Virus record (IMG/VR): IMGVR_UViG_3300036828_000142
Span: 8,423-72,422 of that record
Length of the DNA: 64,000 nt
Source of the DNA: a virus
Strand: one strand, 5' to 3'
The notes below the pieces were generated by a model that searched no databases, was not told the origin of the DNA, and saw only the letters and a program-made list of their open reading frames with translations. Both the position numbers and the translations under genes were made by a program. Shown in pieces: positions 9,081 through 18,893 of the stretch; the stretch's first letter is position 1, and every line of letters begins with the position of its first letter.

Positions 9081-9267
9081 GGACAAGGGCTGGGTGATCG
9101 CCGAGCAGGTCTGGGGCGACGGGACACGCGAACGCCAACGCCGCGTGCTGGTCGTGTACCGCGCGAACGGCGGAACAGCCGACAGCGAAGGACCGGCGCT
9201 CTACTCGCGCGAGGAGGTTGAGGAGTTCATCGCTGACCTTCGCGCCGCTGCTGAGGGGCTGTGGTGA
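9070..9267 (+). CDS. Hypothetical protein
   Basis: MADEDKGW start overlapping the upstream gene. Confidence 0.5.
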   Translation: MADEDKGWVIAEQVWGDGTRERQRRVLVVYRANGGTADSEGPALYSREEVEEFIADLRAAAEGLW

Positions 9268-9554
9268 TGCTCGTCATCGAGGTGTGGAACGGCTACTGCT
9301 GGAAGGTCGTGGGGCGGATGAAACCGGGGGTGCGGCACACCGTGCTTGATCACAACCGAGGGGTGCTGCTGCACCTCGTGATCGAGCCGGAGCGCACCAC
9401 GGTCCGCGCCACCACCGAGCCGTACGAGGTGCTGCTCGAACTGGGCCCGGCCGACGAGCCGTGGGAGCGTCTGCTGCGCGCGAACTGGATGCCCGAGTCG
9501 ATGCTCTGCCGCCTGCATCACCAGAAGCAAAAGATTCACACGCCTCCAGTCTGA
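9261..9554 (+). CDS. Hypothetical protein
   Basis: Coupled ORF. Confidence 0.5.
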   Translation: MVMLVIEVWNGYCWKVVGRMKPGVRHTVLDHNRGVLLHLVIEPERTTVRATTEPYEVLLELGPADEPWERLLRANWMPESMLCRLHHQKQKIHTPPV

Positions 9555-9764
9555 GAGCGGTAAGCTGCCCCGGCCGCGAGAGCACCGTGGCAACTCTGAA
9601 TAGCTGACTAGTACCACTGTCTGTGTGTCGAGTGGTGAACGTCTGGGTGCACAGACAAAGTGGCGGGATTGGAGGGGGCCGATAGCTGAGGTTTCGGGGC
9701 AGGACCAAGTAGTCCGGGGGATGTAGGACCAACAGTCCGGGGGAAACCAAATCGAAAGGGCAAG

Positions 9765-10547
9765 ATGAACCTGAAGCACAATCTCAGGCTGCTCCTGGTT
9801 GGAGTAGTCAGCACTGGCGTGATCGTGGCCGGTGTCGCGAGCGCGGACGCGCATACCACCGCCCATCACAAGGCCGCAGTCGCTCACAAGACCTTCAAGG
9901 GACCGAAGGGTGATCGTGGTCCAGCGGGTCCTCCCGGCCCCGCAGGTCCGAAGGGTGACACTGGTCCCGCAGGTCCGGCAGGCCCGGCAGGTCCGGCGGG
10001 CGCGATGGGGCTGATTGGTCCAGTCGGTCCAGTCGGTCCGGCAGGCGGAATCGGTCCGGTTGGTCCGGCGGGCCCCGCAGGTCCAGCAGGTCCGAAGGGT
10101 GATACCGGCGCGGCTGGTCCAGCAGGTCCGCAGGGCGCTACCGGTCCGGCAGGCCCGAGCAACACCTCGGAGTTCACGTTCAAGGGCGACACCAGCACGC
10201 CGACCACGCTCGTGTCAATGGACGATGGCGTGAAGCTGAACGCCTCGTGTGACGCGCTTGGGCGTGTGACGCTGATCGCCGTGGCGACGAACGTCGCACC
10301 GGGCATTCTGACTGAGCGTGACGGGCTGAACTTCAACATCACGCCGAGGTTCGGCACCGCGAACACCACCGCTGTCGTGCTGCTCTCGCCGCTCAGCTCG
10401 GCAAGCTCACGCGCTGACGTGACGGTGCACTACGTCTCCAACGCAGGACAGGACACCACCATCAACGTCGCAGCGGTCGATCTGGCCGACGGGCCGAACG
10501 GCCTGAGCGAGGCTTGCGTCGTGTTCGGAACGGCAACCACGTTCTGA
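9765..10547 (+). CDS. Secreted collagen-like protein
   Basis: Signal peptide (..VASADA), long G-P-X run, beta-rich C-terminal domain. Confidence 0.8.
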   Translation: MNLKHNLRLLLVGVVSTGVIVAGVASADAHTTAHHKAAVAHKTFKGPKGDRGPAGPPGPAGPKGDTGPAGPAGPAGPAGAMGLIGPVGPVGPAGGIGPVGPAGPAGPAGPKGDTGAAGPAGPQGATGPAGPSNTSEFTFKGDTSTPTTLVSMDDGVKLNASCDALGRVTLIAVATNVAPGILTERDGLNFNITPRFGTANTTAVVLLSPLSSASSRADVTVHYVSNAGQDTTINVAAVDLADGPNGLSEACVVFGTATTF

Positions 10548-10559
10548 GCAAATGACCCC

Positions 10560-10594
10560 GACCCCCAGGATGCAAGTGGACCTTCCTGGGGGTC
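10560..10594 (+). terminator. GC-rich hairpin terminator
   Basis: GACCCCCAGGA...TCCTGGGGGTC right after the stop. Confidence 0.6.
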
Positions 10595-10796
10595 GCGTGG
10601 TCGCCGACTGAGCGGTAGGGTCCAGCGCGTTGGATGAGCGCTACAACACCACAGCGAGGGACGGGGCTCTGCTGTGGCGCGAGTCGCGAATGACCGTGGA
10701 CGGACGCTGGGTGTGGCGGTGGATCAGCGAGTGGAAGCCCCGGCCCGAGCAGCAGCACCGCACGATCTTGATACCGGTCGCGGAGGAGCGCACGAC

Positions 10797-11039
10797 GTGA
10801 GCAGCATGCGGCTGTTCTACTCGCCGCTGGACGAGGAGACGGACCGCCACCAAGCGCGCGTCTACCGCGCCCTGTTCCAATGCCGCTGCCGGTGTTGCGG
10901 ACGGTTCGCGAGAGAGCGGCTGTTGCAGTTCGGCGCGATCTGCGACTACTGCGTCTACGAGGACCAGCGCCCTGCGATCAGACAGAAAGTGGAGCAGGCT
11001 CGTCGGTGGTGGAAACTGGTCGGCCGTGATACTGCCTGA
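10797..11039 (+). CDS. Small Cys-rich protein
   Basis: GGAGGAG SD; CRCC..CDYC. Confidence 0.5.
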   Translation: MSSMRLFYSPLDEETDRHQARVYRALFQCRCRCCGRFARERLLQFGAICDYCVYEDQRPAIRQKVEQARRWWKLVGRDTA

Positions 11040-11192
11040 CCGATCACGCCGTCTGTAGCGTTACCATGCCGCACAAATGGCGCTGGGCGACGCAACTCCC
11101 AGAGAGGGGTAGAGGGGACGGGCGCGGTGCTGGAAAGAGGTCTTGCGGCTGACTTGCCGCGAGGTCATCCCGACGAGTTCACAGGGTTGGCG

Positions 11193-11432
11193 ATGACACC
11201 GGCAGAGCAGATTCGCGTCCTCTTGCAGCGCAAAAAGTCGCAGGGGATCACCGACTGGCAGGTTGTCTGGCCGTGGGCTGTCGCGCGGATACGCTGGCCG
11301 CACGACCGTGACGAGCGGCACGAGTGGAAGCTCACGATCCAGTGGGCGGAGCCCGCGTACCACTCCGCGTTCGAGGGCAGGCTGTGGGTCGTGGACATGG
11401 GCGCGCTGATCGTCTACCCAGTCACCCTGTAA
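11193..11432 (+). CDS. Hypothetical Trp-rich protein
   Basis: ORF track; start uncertain. Confidence 0.45.
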   Translation: MTPAEQIRVLLQRKKSQGITDWQVVWPWAVARIRWPHDRDERHEWKLTIQWAEPAYHSAFEGRLWVVDMGALIVYPVTL

Positions 11433-11475
11433 GCCTAAGTCGTGTGCTATCCTCGGGGGAAACCTGACCGAGGAG
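11431..11475 (+). promoter_or_regulatory. Palindrome-type promoter and GACCGAGGAG RBS
   Basis: GTGTGCTA-TCCT; GACCGAGGAG. Confidence 0.55.
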
Positions 11476-11481
11476 GATGCA

Positions 11482-12027
11482 GTGACCAAAGACGAGATGA
11501 TCGACGCCGCCGTCGCGGTGGTCGAGCAAGAAGCTCGGGAGGCGTTAGCCAAACCGAGGCCGATGACCAACGACGGGTTCGTTACAGCCCACGCTGTCGC
11601 GAGCAAGCTCGTAGCAGCAGGCGTGATCACCCACGACCGTCTGGACAGCAAGGGCATGTGGGAGCGCGAGGCTGCCCGCAAGTCGGTGGACGGCAAAGCC
11701 AAGCGTCTGCTTGACGCCGAGGCCGCGAAGCCGAACGCTCGCGTCCGGCGGTTCTCGTCCACGAAGGACGCGCCGCCCCGGCTGACGGGCACGCGCGGCA
11801 GGGGCTACGGCAGAGAGGTGACGTACACCTCAGCCGAGCTACTCGCCAAGGCGGAGGAAGTGACCGTGCAGGCCGAAGCGAAGGATCAGGCCGACGAGCT
11901 ACGGATGGACAACGCGCTCGAACAAGCAGCGGCGCTGGGACTGCCCGCCGGTCGAGCCCGAGCGCTGACGATCACGTTCACCGTGGACGAGTTCGTGACG
12001 CTGCTCCAGAAGGTGGTGAGCGGCTGA
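11482..12027 (+). CDS. Hypothetical protein
   Basis: Strong RBS, 181 aa. Confidence 0.7.
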   Translation: MTKDEMIDAAVAVVEQEAREALAKPRPMTNDGFVTAHAVASKLVAAGVITHDRLDSKGMWEREAARKSVDGKAKRLLDAEAAKPNARVRRFSSTKDAPPRLTGTRGRGYGREVTYTSAELLAKAEEVTVQAEAKDQADELRMDNALEQAAALGLPAGRARALTITFTVDEFVTLLQKVVSG

Positions 12028-12344
12028 TGTCGCACGACTATCACGAAGGGCTTGAGAACTACGACGCCCGCCAGATCCTTCACGACCGCTGCAAAGAGTG
12101 CGAGCACCGAGGCAAGGACCTCGTGATGGCGCTCGCGCACATGGACAACAACACGTTCGCGAAGGCGTGGAAACGCGCCTACGACTGGCTGGCATCCACC
12201 GGCGACTACGACGCCGTGGGTCCGGTCAGCTTCGCCGAGGTGGACCTCCTGAACGTGCTGTGGGGCGTGCAGGTGCAGCTAGAGCGACGCGGGGTGCCGC
12301 TGACCGGCCAGCCGCCGACCGGAGCGCGCGATGCCTCTGCGTGA
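12027..12344 (+). CDS. Hypothetical protein
   Basis: TGATG coupling. Confidence 0.6.
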   Translation: MSHDYHEGLENYDARQILHDRCKECEHRGKDLVMALAHMDNNTFAKAWKRAYDWLASTGDYDAVGPVSFAEVDLLNVLWGVQVQLERRGVPLTGQPPTGARDASA

Positions 12345-12543
12345 CCAGGACGGCAGCCCGACCAACAGCGTCGGTGTCGTGATCCCCGACGGCGTGACCA
12401 TCGTCCGCATCGAGGTCCGGCACGCCCAGATCAGCTTCTACGACGCCGAGGGTCGCGAGGCGCTGCTCGTCCAACGCCACGAGTATCCCGGTGCGGGGCT
12501 CGCACTCCAGTTGGCCGACCACGTGAAGGTGGCGGAACAATGA
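12331..12543 (+). CDS. Hypothetical protein
   Basis: GGAG SD; coupled. Confidence 0.5.
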   Translation: MPLRDQDGSPTNSVGVVIPDGVTIVRIEVRHAQISFYDAEGREALLVQRHEYPGAGLALQLADHVKVAEQ

Positions 12544-12824
12544 CCGTCGTGGGGCATGGCACCGCCCAGTACGACGACGCCCAGGCCGAACGTCAACGCC
12601 GCCGCGCGCCGGAGCCGGGGCCGGTCGAGCCCGAGCTTGAGCCGATCCCAAAGCCATCACGCCGGGTTGGGCAGACCGCCCAGAAGACCGGGTACGCCTC
12701 GCTGGGATGTGGGTTCTGGATCGTCACGCCGATCCTGGTGACGCTCGGGATCGTGGTGGACGCTCGCATCCTGTGGATCGGGATGATCGCCTACGGGCTG
12801 CTCGTCGGAATGACCCGCAAATAG
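12540..12824 (+). CDS. Membrane protein
   Basis: Two C-terminal hydrophobic helices. Confidence 0.55.
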   Translation: MTVVGHGTAQYDDAQAERQRRRAPEPGPVEPELEPIPKPSRRVGQTAQKTGYASLGCGFWIVTPILVTLGIVVDARILWIGMIAYGLLVGMTRK

Positions 12825-12875
12825 CGGCAAGAACGCACGACGAGCGCTAGCAGACGCTCGCAATCCTGGGAGACT

Positions 12876-13082
12876 GTGGGTCTGATGGACCCCGAGCACA
12901 TCGACGCGATGCTCAGCGAGGGCATCGCGTTCGACACCATCGAGGATCGGATCGAGCAGACGCGGCTGCACGCCGAAGCCAAGAGCGCGCTCTGGCTCTA
13001 TGCCTGGGTGGGGCTGGATCGTGACGAGCAGCGCGAGGTCGTGCGCGAGATGCTTGCGGTTCTCTCCGCCGACTTGTCCTAA
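12876..13082 (+). CDS. Hypothetical protein
   Basis: GGGAG SD; helical small protein. Confidence 0.5.
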   Translation: MGLMDPEHIDAMLSEGIAFDTIEDRIEQTRLHAEAKSALWLYAWVGLDRDEQREVVREMLAVLSADLS

Positions 13083-13141
13083 CACGCATCGTGCGCTATG
13101 ATGTAGGTACAGCCAGTTGGCTGGATTCCCGACCGAGGAGA
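13080..13141 (+). promoter_or_regulatory. Palindrome-type promoter, leader hairpin and TCCCGACCGAGGAGA RBS
   Basis: GTGCGCTA-TGAT; AGCCAGTTGGCT hairpin. Confidence 0.65.
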
Positions 13142-13145
13142 CACG

Positions 13146-13322
13146 ATGAGCACCACCACTACCGAGCGCGTTGTCAGCGCCGCCTACATCGACCAAGCCT
13201 CAGCTTCGCGCAAGCGGACTCCGGACTGGCTGGTGACGGTCAAGCAGGGCTCGACCGTTCAGACCCACCGCTTCCACGACGAAGACAAGGCCAAGGCGTT
13301 CGCCGCCGGTGGCGCGAAATGA
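13146..13322 (+). CDS. Small hypothetical protein (not in ORF track)
   Basis: MSTTTTERVV...GGAK, after the conserved RBS. Confidence 0.6.
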   Translation: MSTTTTERVVSAAYIDQASASRKRTPDWLVTVKQGSTVQTHRFHDEDKAKAFAAGGAK

Positions 13323-13606
13323 GCGCCTACACGACGCGCATCCCCACGGCCGTGTTCGAGCGTTTGCCGATGGTGATGAAAAACCACCAGAACGGCGACC
13401 CGTTCGACGTTCGCATCCAGGCGTTTCCGGGCGACGACGGCGAGTCGATGTTCTCCATCGACGTTTACACCAACGCGGTGACCGTCGATCCAAATGATCG
13501 TCGCCAGAGGTCGTATGTGGAGGCCAAGCGCACGAGCTACTTCTTCAATGAGGACGGCGGCTTCGATGGCGAGCCGCAAGTCACGACCACGAGGTACCAG
13601 GGATGA
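13319..13606 (+). CDS. Hypothetical protein
   Basis: ATGA coupling. Confidence 0.6.
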   Translation: MSAYTTRIPTAVFERLPMVMKNHQNGDPFDVRIQAFPGDDGESMFSIDVYTNAVTVDPNDRRQRSYVEAKRTSYFFNEDGGFDGEPQVTTTRYQG

Positions 13607-13905
13607 GCGCCACCCGCCAACAGCCCAACGCCGCGCACACCAACCCGCGTGTGCTGAACCCGGACACCATCGACCACAGCGCCGTCTACCGTGCGCTGAC
13701 AGCCGACCGGGGCAAGTACAACGCCTCCGAGCAGGAGCTGCACGAGCACTACGCGAGCAACGCCCGCGCATGCGGCCACGCTGACGATTGTCTGAAGGTG
13801 ACGTTGCCGGTCAACTGGCCAACGCTGTGGGGCAAGCCGCTCTGCACGTGCGGTCGCGGCGAGCCGTGGATTCACCCACGCGACCGGGCGGCGATTGCGA
13901 TATGA
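13603..13905 (+). CDS. Hypothetical protein with Cys/His motif
   Basis: ATGA coupling; HADDC..CTCG. Confidence 0.55.
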   Translation: MSATRQQPNAAHTNPRVLNPDTIDHSAVYRALTADRGKYNASEQELHEHYASNARACGHADDCLKVTLPVNWPTLWGKPLCTCGRGEPWIHPRDRAAIAI

Positions 13906-14204
13906 GCGCCGAGTTCTGGGTAGCTGACGCGCCTGTCGTGTACAGGGTTCGCAAGACCGAGGGCGGCGATATGCGCGGCCCCGGCGTTCTAGTCGTCCGC
14001 TGCGAAGACAGCGACGACAACTGTCAGCAGGCGCTGCTGGAGATCCAGCACGACGGCGACACGCTGCGGCTCGTCCAGTTCGACGGTGACCTCGACGCAA
14101 GGAAGGTGATCGAGGTCGATCAGTCCGCGATGCGCTACGCCAACCGACCAGTCAGGATTTGGCGGCGCATCTGGGACGTGGCGATGGGAGGAACCGATGC
14201 CTGA
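13902..14204 (+). CDS. Hypothetical protein
   Basis: ATGA coupling. Confidence 0.55.
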   Translation: MSAEFWVADAPVVYRVRKTEGGDMRGPGVLVVRCEDSDDNCQQALLEIQHDGDTLRLVQFDGDLDARKVIEVDQSAMRYANRPVRIWRRIWDVAMGGTDA

Positions 14205-14553
14205 CTTCCACTACGACCAGGAACCCGACGCGCCGTTTGCTGGTGCTGGCCAGCCGCTGTTCTTCAAGCGCGTGTGGGGCGGGAACCCGCAGGAGCCATT
14301 CGAGCGCGACGGGATCGTGTACGTCTCGATGGCTCCTGCTGAGCCCGTCACGATCTACGGGTACAGCATCCGCCTGACTGGCGAAGATGCCGACGCGGCA
14401 CGCTACGCCTGGTCGATGCGCGAGAGCTTCTGCTCGTGGTGCTACTCCACGATGGAGCCGCGCGGCGAACCGGGGTTCGTGCCGCTCGCCGAGGTGCAGG
14501 AAATCACCCGCGACGAGTTCGAGGCAGCCGCTGCCGAAAGGTGGATGACGTGA
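14197..14553 (+). CDS. Hypothetical protein
   Basis: GGAGG SD. Confidence 0.6.
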   Translation: MPDFHYDQEPDAPFAGAGQPLFFKRVWGGNPQEPFERDGIVYVSMAPAEPVTIYGYSIRLTGEDADAARYAWSMRESFCSWCYSTMEPRGEPGFVPLAEVQEITRDEFEAAAAERWMT

Positions 14554-14936
14554 GAGAGCACTACCAGCTTGCCCGCGAGCCGATCCCCGCCGACCGGTGG
14601 GTGGACGTGTACGGGTGGAGCATCGAGGAAGCCGCGAACATGGACGGCCAGTCCAGTGAGGTGCGGCTCTACCACGTCGCCGCTGACGGCACCAAACGCG
14701 ACCTCGCGCCCAACAAGGACGGCGGCTTCGAGTTCGGCTACGGCGGCACAGGACCGCACGAGAGCGCCCGCGCCATCGTCGGCGACATTCAGGCCACCGA
14801 GCCTGAGCTTTCGCCTCAGGACCTGCGAGAGACGGTCCCAGAGGTGTTTGAGGATGTCCACGACGCCGAGCAGGTGATCGTGTACCTGACGGACGTGCGG
14901 ATGCGGCTGGGTCTAGACCCCGAAGCTGACGGGTAG
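14550..14936 (+). CDS. DUF6166-like protein
   Basis: GFEFGYGGTGP..ARAI motif. Confidence 0.55.
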   Translation: MREHYQLAREPIPADRWVDVYGWSIEEAANMDGQSSEVRLYHVAADGTKRDLAPNKDGGFEFGYGGTGPHESARAIVGDIQATEPELSPQDLRETVPEVFEDVHDAEQVIVYLTDVRMRLGLDPEADG

Positions 14937-14986
14937 CGCACGACGGGCGCTATACTCGCGCCTGTGCAATCCCGACCCGAGGAAGG
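14934..14986 (+). promoter_or_regulatory. Palindrome-type promoter and RBS
   Basis: TAGCGCAC-GAC-GGGCGCTA-TACT; AATCCCGACCCGAGGAAG. Confidence 0.65.
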
Positions 14987-14990
14987 TCCC

Positions 14991-15464
14991 ATGTCCGAAG
15001 ACAACGGCAGCGTTCCGCTGCCGCAGGCGAGCGAGATCGCCTTGCAGCTACACGCGCTGGTCACCGACCGGCAAAACGCGCTTGCGCAACATGACCTCGT
15101 GCGCGACAAGATCGTCACCGAGCTACGCACCTACGAGAAGACGCTGGCAGCGCTCACTGGGGAGCCGAAGAAAGCGGGGAGGCCAAAGGCGAAGGCGGCG
15201 ACCGAGAGCACCGCGAAGAAAGTCGGTGACGAGCGTCTGGCTGCCATCGAGCAGCTTGTACGCGAATACGCCGAAGATCACGAGGAGTTCCGCCAAGTGG
15301 ATCTGCGCAGCGCGTACGGCACGTTGCCGGACGGCGGCTCGTTCACCTCCGGCATGTCAGCCATCGCGTTCGAGGAACTGCGCCAGCGCAACGTGCTGCG
15401 CGTCGCGAGGGTTGACGGCAACTCGAAGTTCTACCGGCTGACCCGCGAAGCGCTGAAGCCATGA
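14991..15464 (+). CDS. Coiled-coil plus putative winged-helix DNA-binding protein
   Basis: Coiled N-terminus, KKAGRPK linker, wing-like C-terminus. Confidence 0.55.
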   Translation: MSEDNGSVPLPQASEIALQLHALVTDRQNALAQHDLVRDKIVTELRTYEKTLAALTGEPKKAGRPKAKAATESTAKKVGDERLAAIEQLVREYAEDHEEFRQVDLRSAYGTLPDGGSFTSGMSAIAFEELRQRNVLRVARVDGNSKFYRLTREALKP

Positions 15465-15928
15465 CCGCCTCACGAAACGGTCGCGTTGACGCGAGCCTGT
15501 TCGGTATCTCCGACTCCGAGATCCTCGGGATCGTGGACGACCTCGCCGACGAGAACGGGTGGACGGCAACCTACGACGTGCGCGTTCAGCTCGGCGAGAA
15601 GATGGACCAGTCCGACCGCAAGTCCGGGATCGGCCCGCGTCTCGCGTGGCTGCGCCGGTACGGGTGGCTGGAGCGTGGTGAGCGGGAGAAGATCGAGCAG
15701 TCTGACGGGACGTGGGTGTGGACGCAGCGGTGGCGGCTGTCGGCGATGGGCCACGCGCTGCTGGACAACCCCGACCTCAGCAAGGCCATCGAGTCTGCGC
15801 TCTCCAAGCTGAACCCGGCGCAGCGTCTGGCGCTCACCCGCGAACTGGGTGACGCTGGTAACACGACCGCCCCGGAGATCCGCGCTGCGCTGCGCCGCCA
15901 GTGGCAACGCTCGATGCACCTGCGATGA
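15461..15928 (+). CDS. Putative winged-helix protein
   Basis: RLAWLRRYGWLER...WRLS..G pattern. Confidence 0.55.
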   Translation: MTASRNGRVDASLFGISDSEILGIVDDLADENGWTATYDVRVQLGEKMDQSDRKSGIGPRLAWLRRYGWLERGEREKIEQSDGTWVWTQRWRLSAMGHALLDNPDLSKAIESALSKLNPAQRLALTRELGDAGNTTAPEIRAALRRQWQRSMHLR

Positions 15929-16314
15929 GTTCGGACCCGACCGTCAGAGCCGACCGGCTGCTCGCGACACGAGCCCACCTCCACCGCAACCACTGGAAGC
16001 AGGTGACGAAGGGCGTGGACGGGCTCGGCTCGTGGATTCACCGGCCCCGCAAGCTCGGAATGATCCACTCGGTTGCCTACGAGATGGACGGCGAGCTGTG
16101 GGAGCACGTGTCGCTGTCACGCGAGGACGGGAAGATGCCGACGTGGGAGCAGACACGAGACGTTTTCCACGAGGTGTGCGGCCCGAACGCGCTCGGGATC
16201 ATCGTGGTCCCCCCGAAAGAGGAACACGTCAACATCGCCGAGGTTGCGCACATCTGGCACTGCCTGACTCGTCGCCCGCTGCCGGACTTCACGCGCGGGC
16301 TCGGGACGATCTGA
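15925..16314 (+). CDS. Conserved phage protein (WEHVS...PTW...HVN...H.W family)
   Basis: WEHVSLS, MPTWEQ, PPKEEHVN, HIWH. Confidence 0.65.
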   Translation: MSSDPTVRADRLLATRAHLHRNHWKQVTKGVDGLGSWIHRPRKLGMIHSVAYEMDGELWEHVSLSREDGKMPTWEQTRDVFHEVCGPNALGIIVVPPKEEHVNIAEVAHIWHCLTRRPLPDFTRGLGTI

Positions 16315-16316
16315 TC

Positions 16317-16535
16317 ATGCAGACATGGCATATACGCATATCCAGGCGCAGGCGCATGTCCAAGCGCGACCGCAACCGCGAACGTGAACTGCTGCTGGAC
16401 ATCGCCCGAGAGGCCGAGTGGGTCGCACGCGGGCGGGCGATCTCCCGGCAGGCGTCGTACAACTGCATCCCCGACCTGCTGACGGCCTTCGCTGCATATC
16501 GGGCGTGGCGTGACAATCTGAGCCATCAAACGTAG
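16317..16535 (+). CDS. Hypothetical protein
   Basis: In-frame ATG just after the upstream stop. Confidence 0.4.
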   Translation: MQTWHIRISRRRRMSKRDRNRERELLLDIAREAEWVARGRAISRQASYNCIPDLLTAFAAYRAWRDNLSHQT

Positions 16536-16671
16536 GCCGCGTCTCTGGCTGATCCTCGCCGCGCCGAGCATGCTGCTCGCGGTGCTGTTTGCTGTCCGTC
16601 TCGCGTTCCTCTGGGCTGCTGTTCTCGCGGTCCTGGCTGTCGCTCTGGTGATGCGCGCGTGGGAGGAGCGC

Positions 16672-16709
16672 AATCCGCCTGACGAATAGCTCGCCAGCGG
16701 CCATACGCT
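16672..16709 (+). promoter_or_regulatory. Putative late promoter AATCCGCCTG-N22-TACGCT
   Basis: Same motif and spacing as at 26712 and 33127. Confidence 0.55.
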
Positions 16710-16716
16710 GTGTGGC

Positions 16717-18498
16717 GTGCCGCTGATCGCGCCCAGACGAACGCAGCCGCCCAAGCCACAGCAGCCGCAGAACCGTGGCGGCGGCACCGCAGGCGGGCAG
16801 TTCGCAGCGCTGCACCCGCGTGGGCGTGGTGGGAAGTGGATCGCCAAGCCCGGCGACGGGTACGGTCCTCAAGGTCCGCATCAGACGACGGCGCAGCTTC
16901 AGCAACGACTGAACCAGCTCGGGTTCCACGTGCCGATAGACGGCAAGTACGGACCAGCGACCGCGAACGCGGTTCAGACCTTCCAAAAGCGCTACGGGCT
17001 GAGTCCGAGCAAGGGCGTGGATGCCGCGACGATGGTGTTCTTGCAGAACCCACCGGCGCAAACGGTCGCGCAGATCCAGAAGTCAAAGGCCACCTCGAAG
17101 TCGTCCTCGAAGTCCACCAGGCGCGTGAGTGCCAGAACCGCCAGCGCGGGCACCCCGAGCACGCGCACGCCGGGCACGAGCACGTCGAGCAGCCGCTCAA
17201 CGAAGACGATCACTCCAGCCCAAGCCGCCCAGCAGCTCACCGTCAGCGCCGACACGAAGGCCGCGATCAAGGCCGAGGTCGCTGCCGCTTCCGAAACGCA
17301 CCAGGCTGGGACGGACACGAACGTCAAGACCGCCCAGCACGACGCTGCGCAGGCGCAGGGCGACGCCGCCCGCGCTCAGAAGCTCGCCAACGCGGCCAAG
17401 GCCGCAGCAGTCGGCGGCACTGCCCAATCGAAGAAGACCGCCAAATCAGCAGAGCGTGTGGCCAAGACCGCTCAGAAAGACGCGAAAGGAGCCATCAAGG
17501 CCGTGAAAGCGCTCAAGCAGCAGATAGCGAAGCAGAAGGCCGCGCGGATCGCGGCCGACCAGGCGCTGATGGCAGGCGAGTACGCGGGGCTGGCCACCGG
17601 GAAGCCGCACAAGCCGAGCGGAGGCAGCAAGACGATGAAGCTGACGGCACCAAAGAAGGGCAGCAAAGCGCCATCGCGGACGGGCAAGGTACAGGTCGCG
17701 ACCTCTGCCGAGAACTCAACCGAGCGGCCCGAGTTGGAGGAAGGCACCTGGACCGGCGGCAACGGTGTCGCTGACACGACCACCGTTGCGTTCGGGTACG
17801 GCGGCGACACGTCAATGTCAATCCCTGACGGGCGTGAGCAGACACCCGACAGTGACCGGCCGATCTGGACGCGATCTGGTATCCGCCTGCTGCCGAGCTA
17901 CACGATCCCTGATGGGCGCACCGAGGCTTCCGTGCCACCGGGCACGAACTTCACGATCCCTGACGGGCGAAACGTGCCGGAGGCCCTGGCCGTCCAGCTA
18001 ATCGAGGCTGTCGCCGCGCGCAAAGCAGCCACGACCGGCCAGGAGTTCACCAGGGCGTTCGCACGCGAGCGTGTGCTTCGCGCCAGGCTGACCGAGGGGC
18101 TGTGGGACGAAGCGAAGCATCCGCGCGGCCGGGGTGGAAAGTGGATGGAGGTGCTGAACAAGCTGATGGGCGGCACTGGAGCCCCGTCGAGGCTGCACGT
18201 CCGGCATCTGGAGGACAGGGGCGACGACTACCTGAACGCTCGCCTGCACCCCAGTAGTGATGCGACCGAGAGCGAGCGCAAGGCGATCCGGGCGATCCAG
18301 GCGAGACGCCGGTCGGTTGCGGGCAGAGTTCGAGCGCTGCCGACCGGAATGACCAGCGCAGCGCGGCCACTGTCCCAAGCCCAACGACCCCTCTCCCAAG
18401 TCCAGCGTCCGCTGTCGCAGGTGCAGAGGCCGCTGTCGAAGATCCAGCGTCCGCCGACGCAGCGGTCGCTCGCGAGCATCCAGAAGCCGTTGTACTGA
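16717..18498 (+). CDS. Putative virion/head protein with peptidoglycan-binding domain and HPRGRGGK motifs
   Basis: LQQRLNQLG..DGKYGPATANAVQTFQ..GL (PG_binding_1-like); two HPRGRGGKW; K/A-rich linker; C-terminal heptad repeats. Confidence 0.7.
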   Translation: MPLIAPRRTQPPKPQQPQNRGGGTAGGQFAALHPRGRGGKWIAKPGDGYGPQGPHQTTAQLQQRLNQLGFHVPIDGKYGPATANAVQTFQKRYGLSPSKGVDAATMVFLQNPPAQTVAQIQKSKATSKSSSKSTRRVSARTASAGTPSTRTPGTSTSSSRSTKTITPAQAAQQLTVSADTKAAIKAEVAAASETHQAGTDTNVKTAQHDAAQAQGDAARAQKLANAAKAAAVGGTAQSKKTAKSAERVAKTAQKDAKGAIKAVKALKQQIAKQKAARIAADQALMAGEYAGLATGKPHKPSGGSKTMKLTAPKKGSKAPSRTGKVQVATSAENSTERPELEEGTWTGGNGVADTTTVAFGYGGDTSMSIPDGREQTPDSDRPIWTRSGIRLLPSYTIPDGRTEASVPPGTNFTIPDGRNVPEALAVQLIEAVAARKAATTGQEFTRAFARERVLRARLTEGLWDEAKHPRGRGGKWMEVLNKLMGGTGAPSRLHVRHLEDRGDDYLNARLHPSSDATESERKAIRAIQARRRSVAGRVRALPTGMTSAARPLSQAQRPLSQVQRPLSQVQRPLSKIQRPPTQRSLASIQKPLY

Positions 18499-18507
18499 GA
18501 GGAAGCC

Positions 18508-18882
18508 ATGACTGTCGTAGAGCTAGCGCCCGACCCCTGGTACCAGCTTCAGGAGGCCGTAGACACACGGCAGGCATCCACCGGCATCGAGTTCGTGCGC
18601 GCCTACGCACGCGAGCGGGTGCTCCGCCGCCATCTCGAAGAACGAGACGTAAGCACCAAGGAGCGCGCGACGCTGGAGAAGAAGGGTCACGCGATGCCCG
18701 GCGGTCGCTACCCGATCAAACACGTCGGCGACCTGAAGGCCGCGATCATGGCGTTCGGCCGGGGCAACCCGCCGGACAAGGCCGCGATCAAGGCGCACAT
18801 CATCAAGCGCGCGAAGGACCTCGGGCTGACGAAGCTGCTGCCAGCGACGTGGGGTGCCGCCGCTGCTACCGCTACTGCCTGA
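18508..18882 (+). CDS. Putative head-associated protein (DUF6582-like C-terminal domain)
   Basis: GHAMPGGRYPI...AI.AFGR...HIIKRAK.LG; N-terminus matches a segment of the 16717 protein. Confidence 0.65.
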   Translation: MTVVELAPDPWYQLQEAVDTRQASTGIEFVRAYARERVLRRHLEERDVSTKERATLEKKGHAMPGGRYPIKHVGDLKAAIMAFGRGNPPDKAAIKAHIIKRAKDLGLTKLLPATWGAAAATATA

Positions 18883-18893
18883 CCATGTGATGA

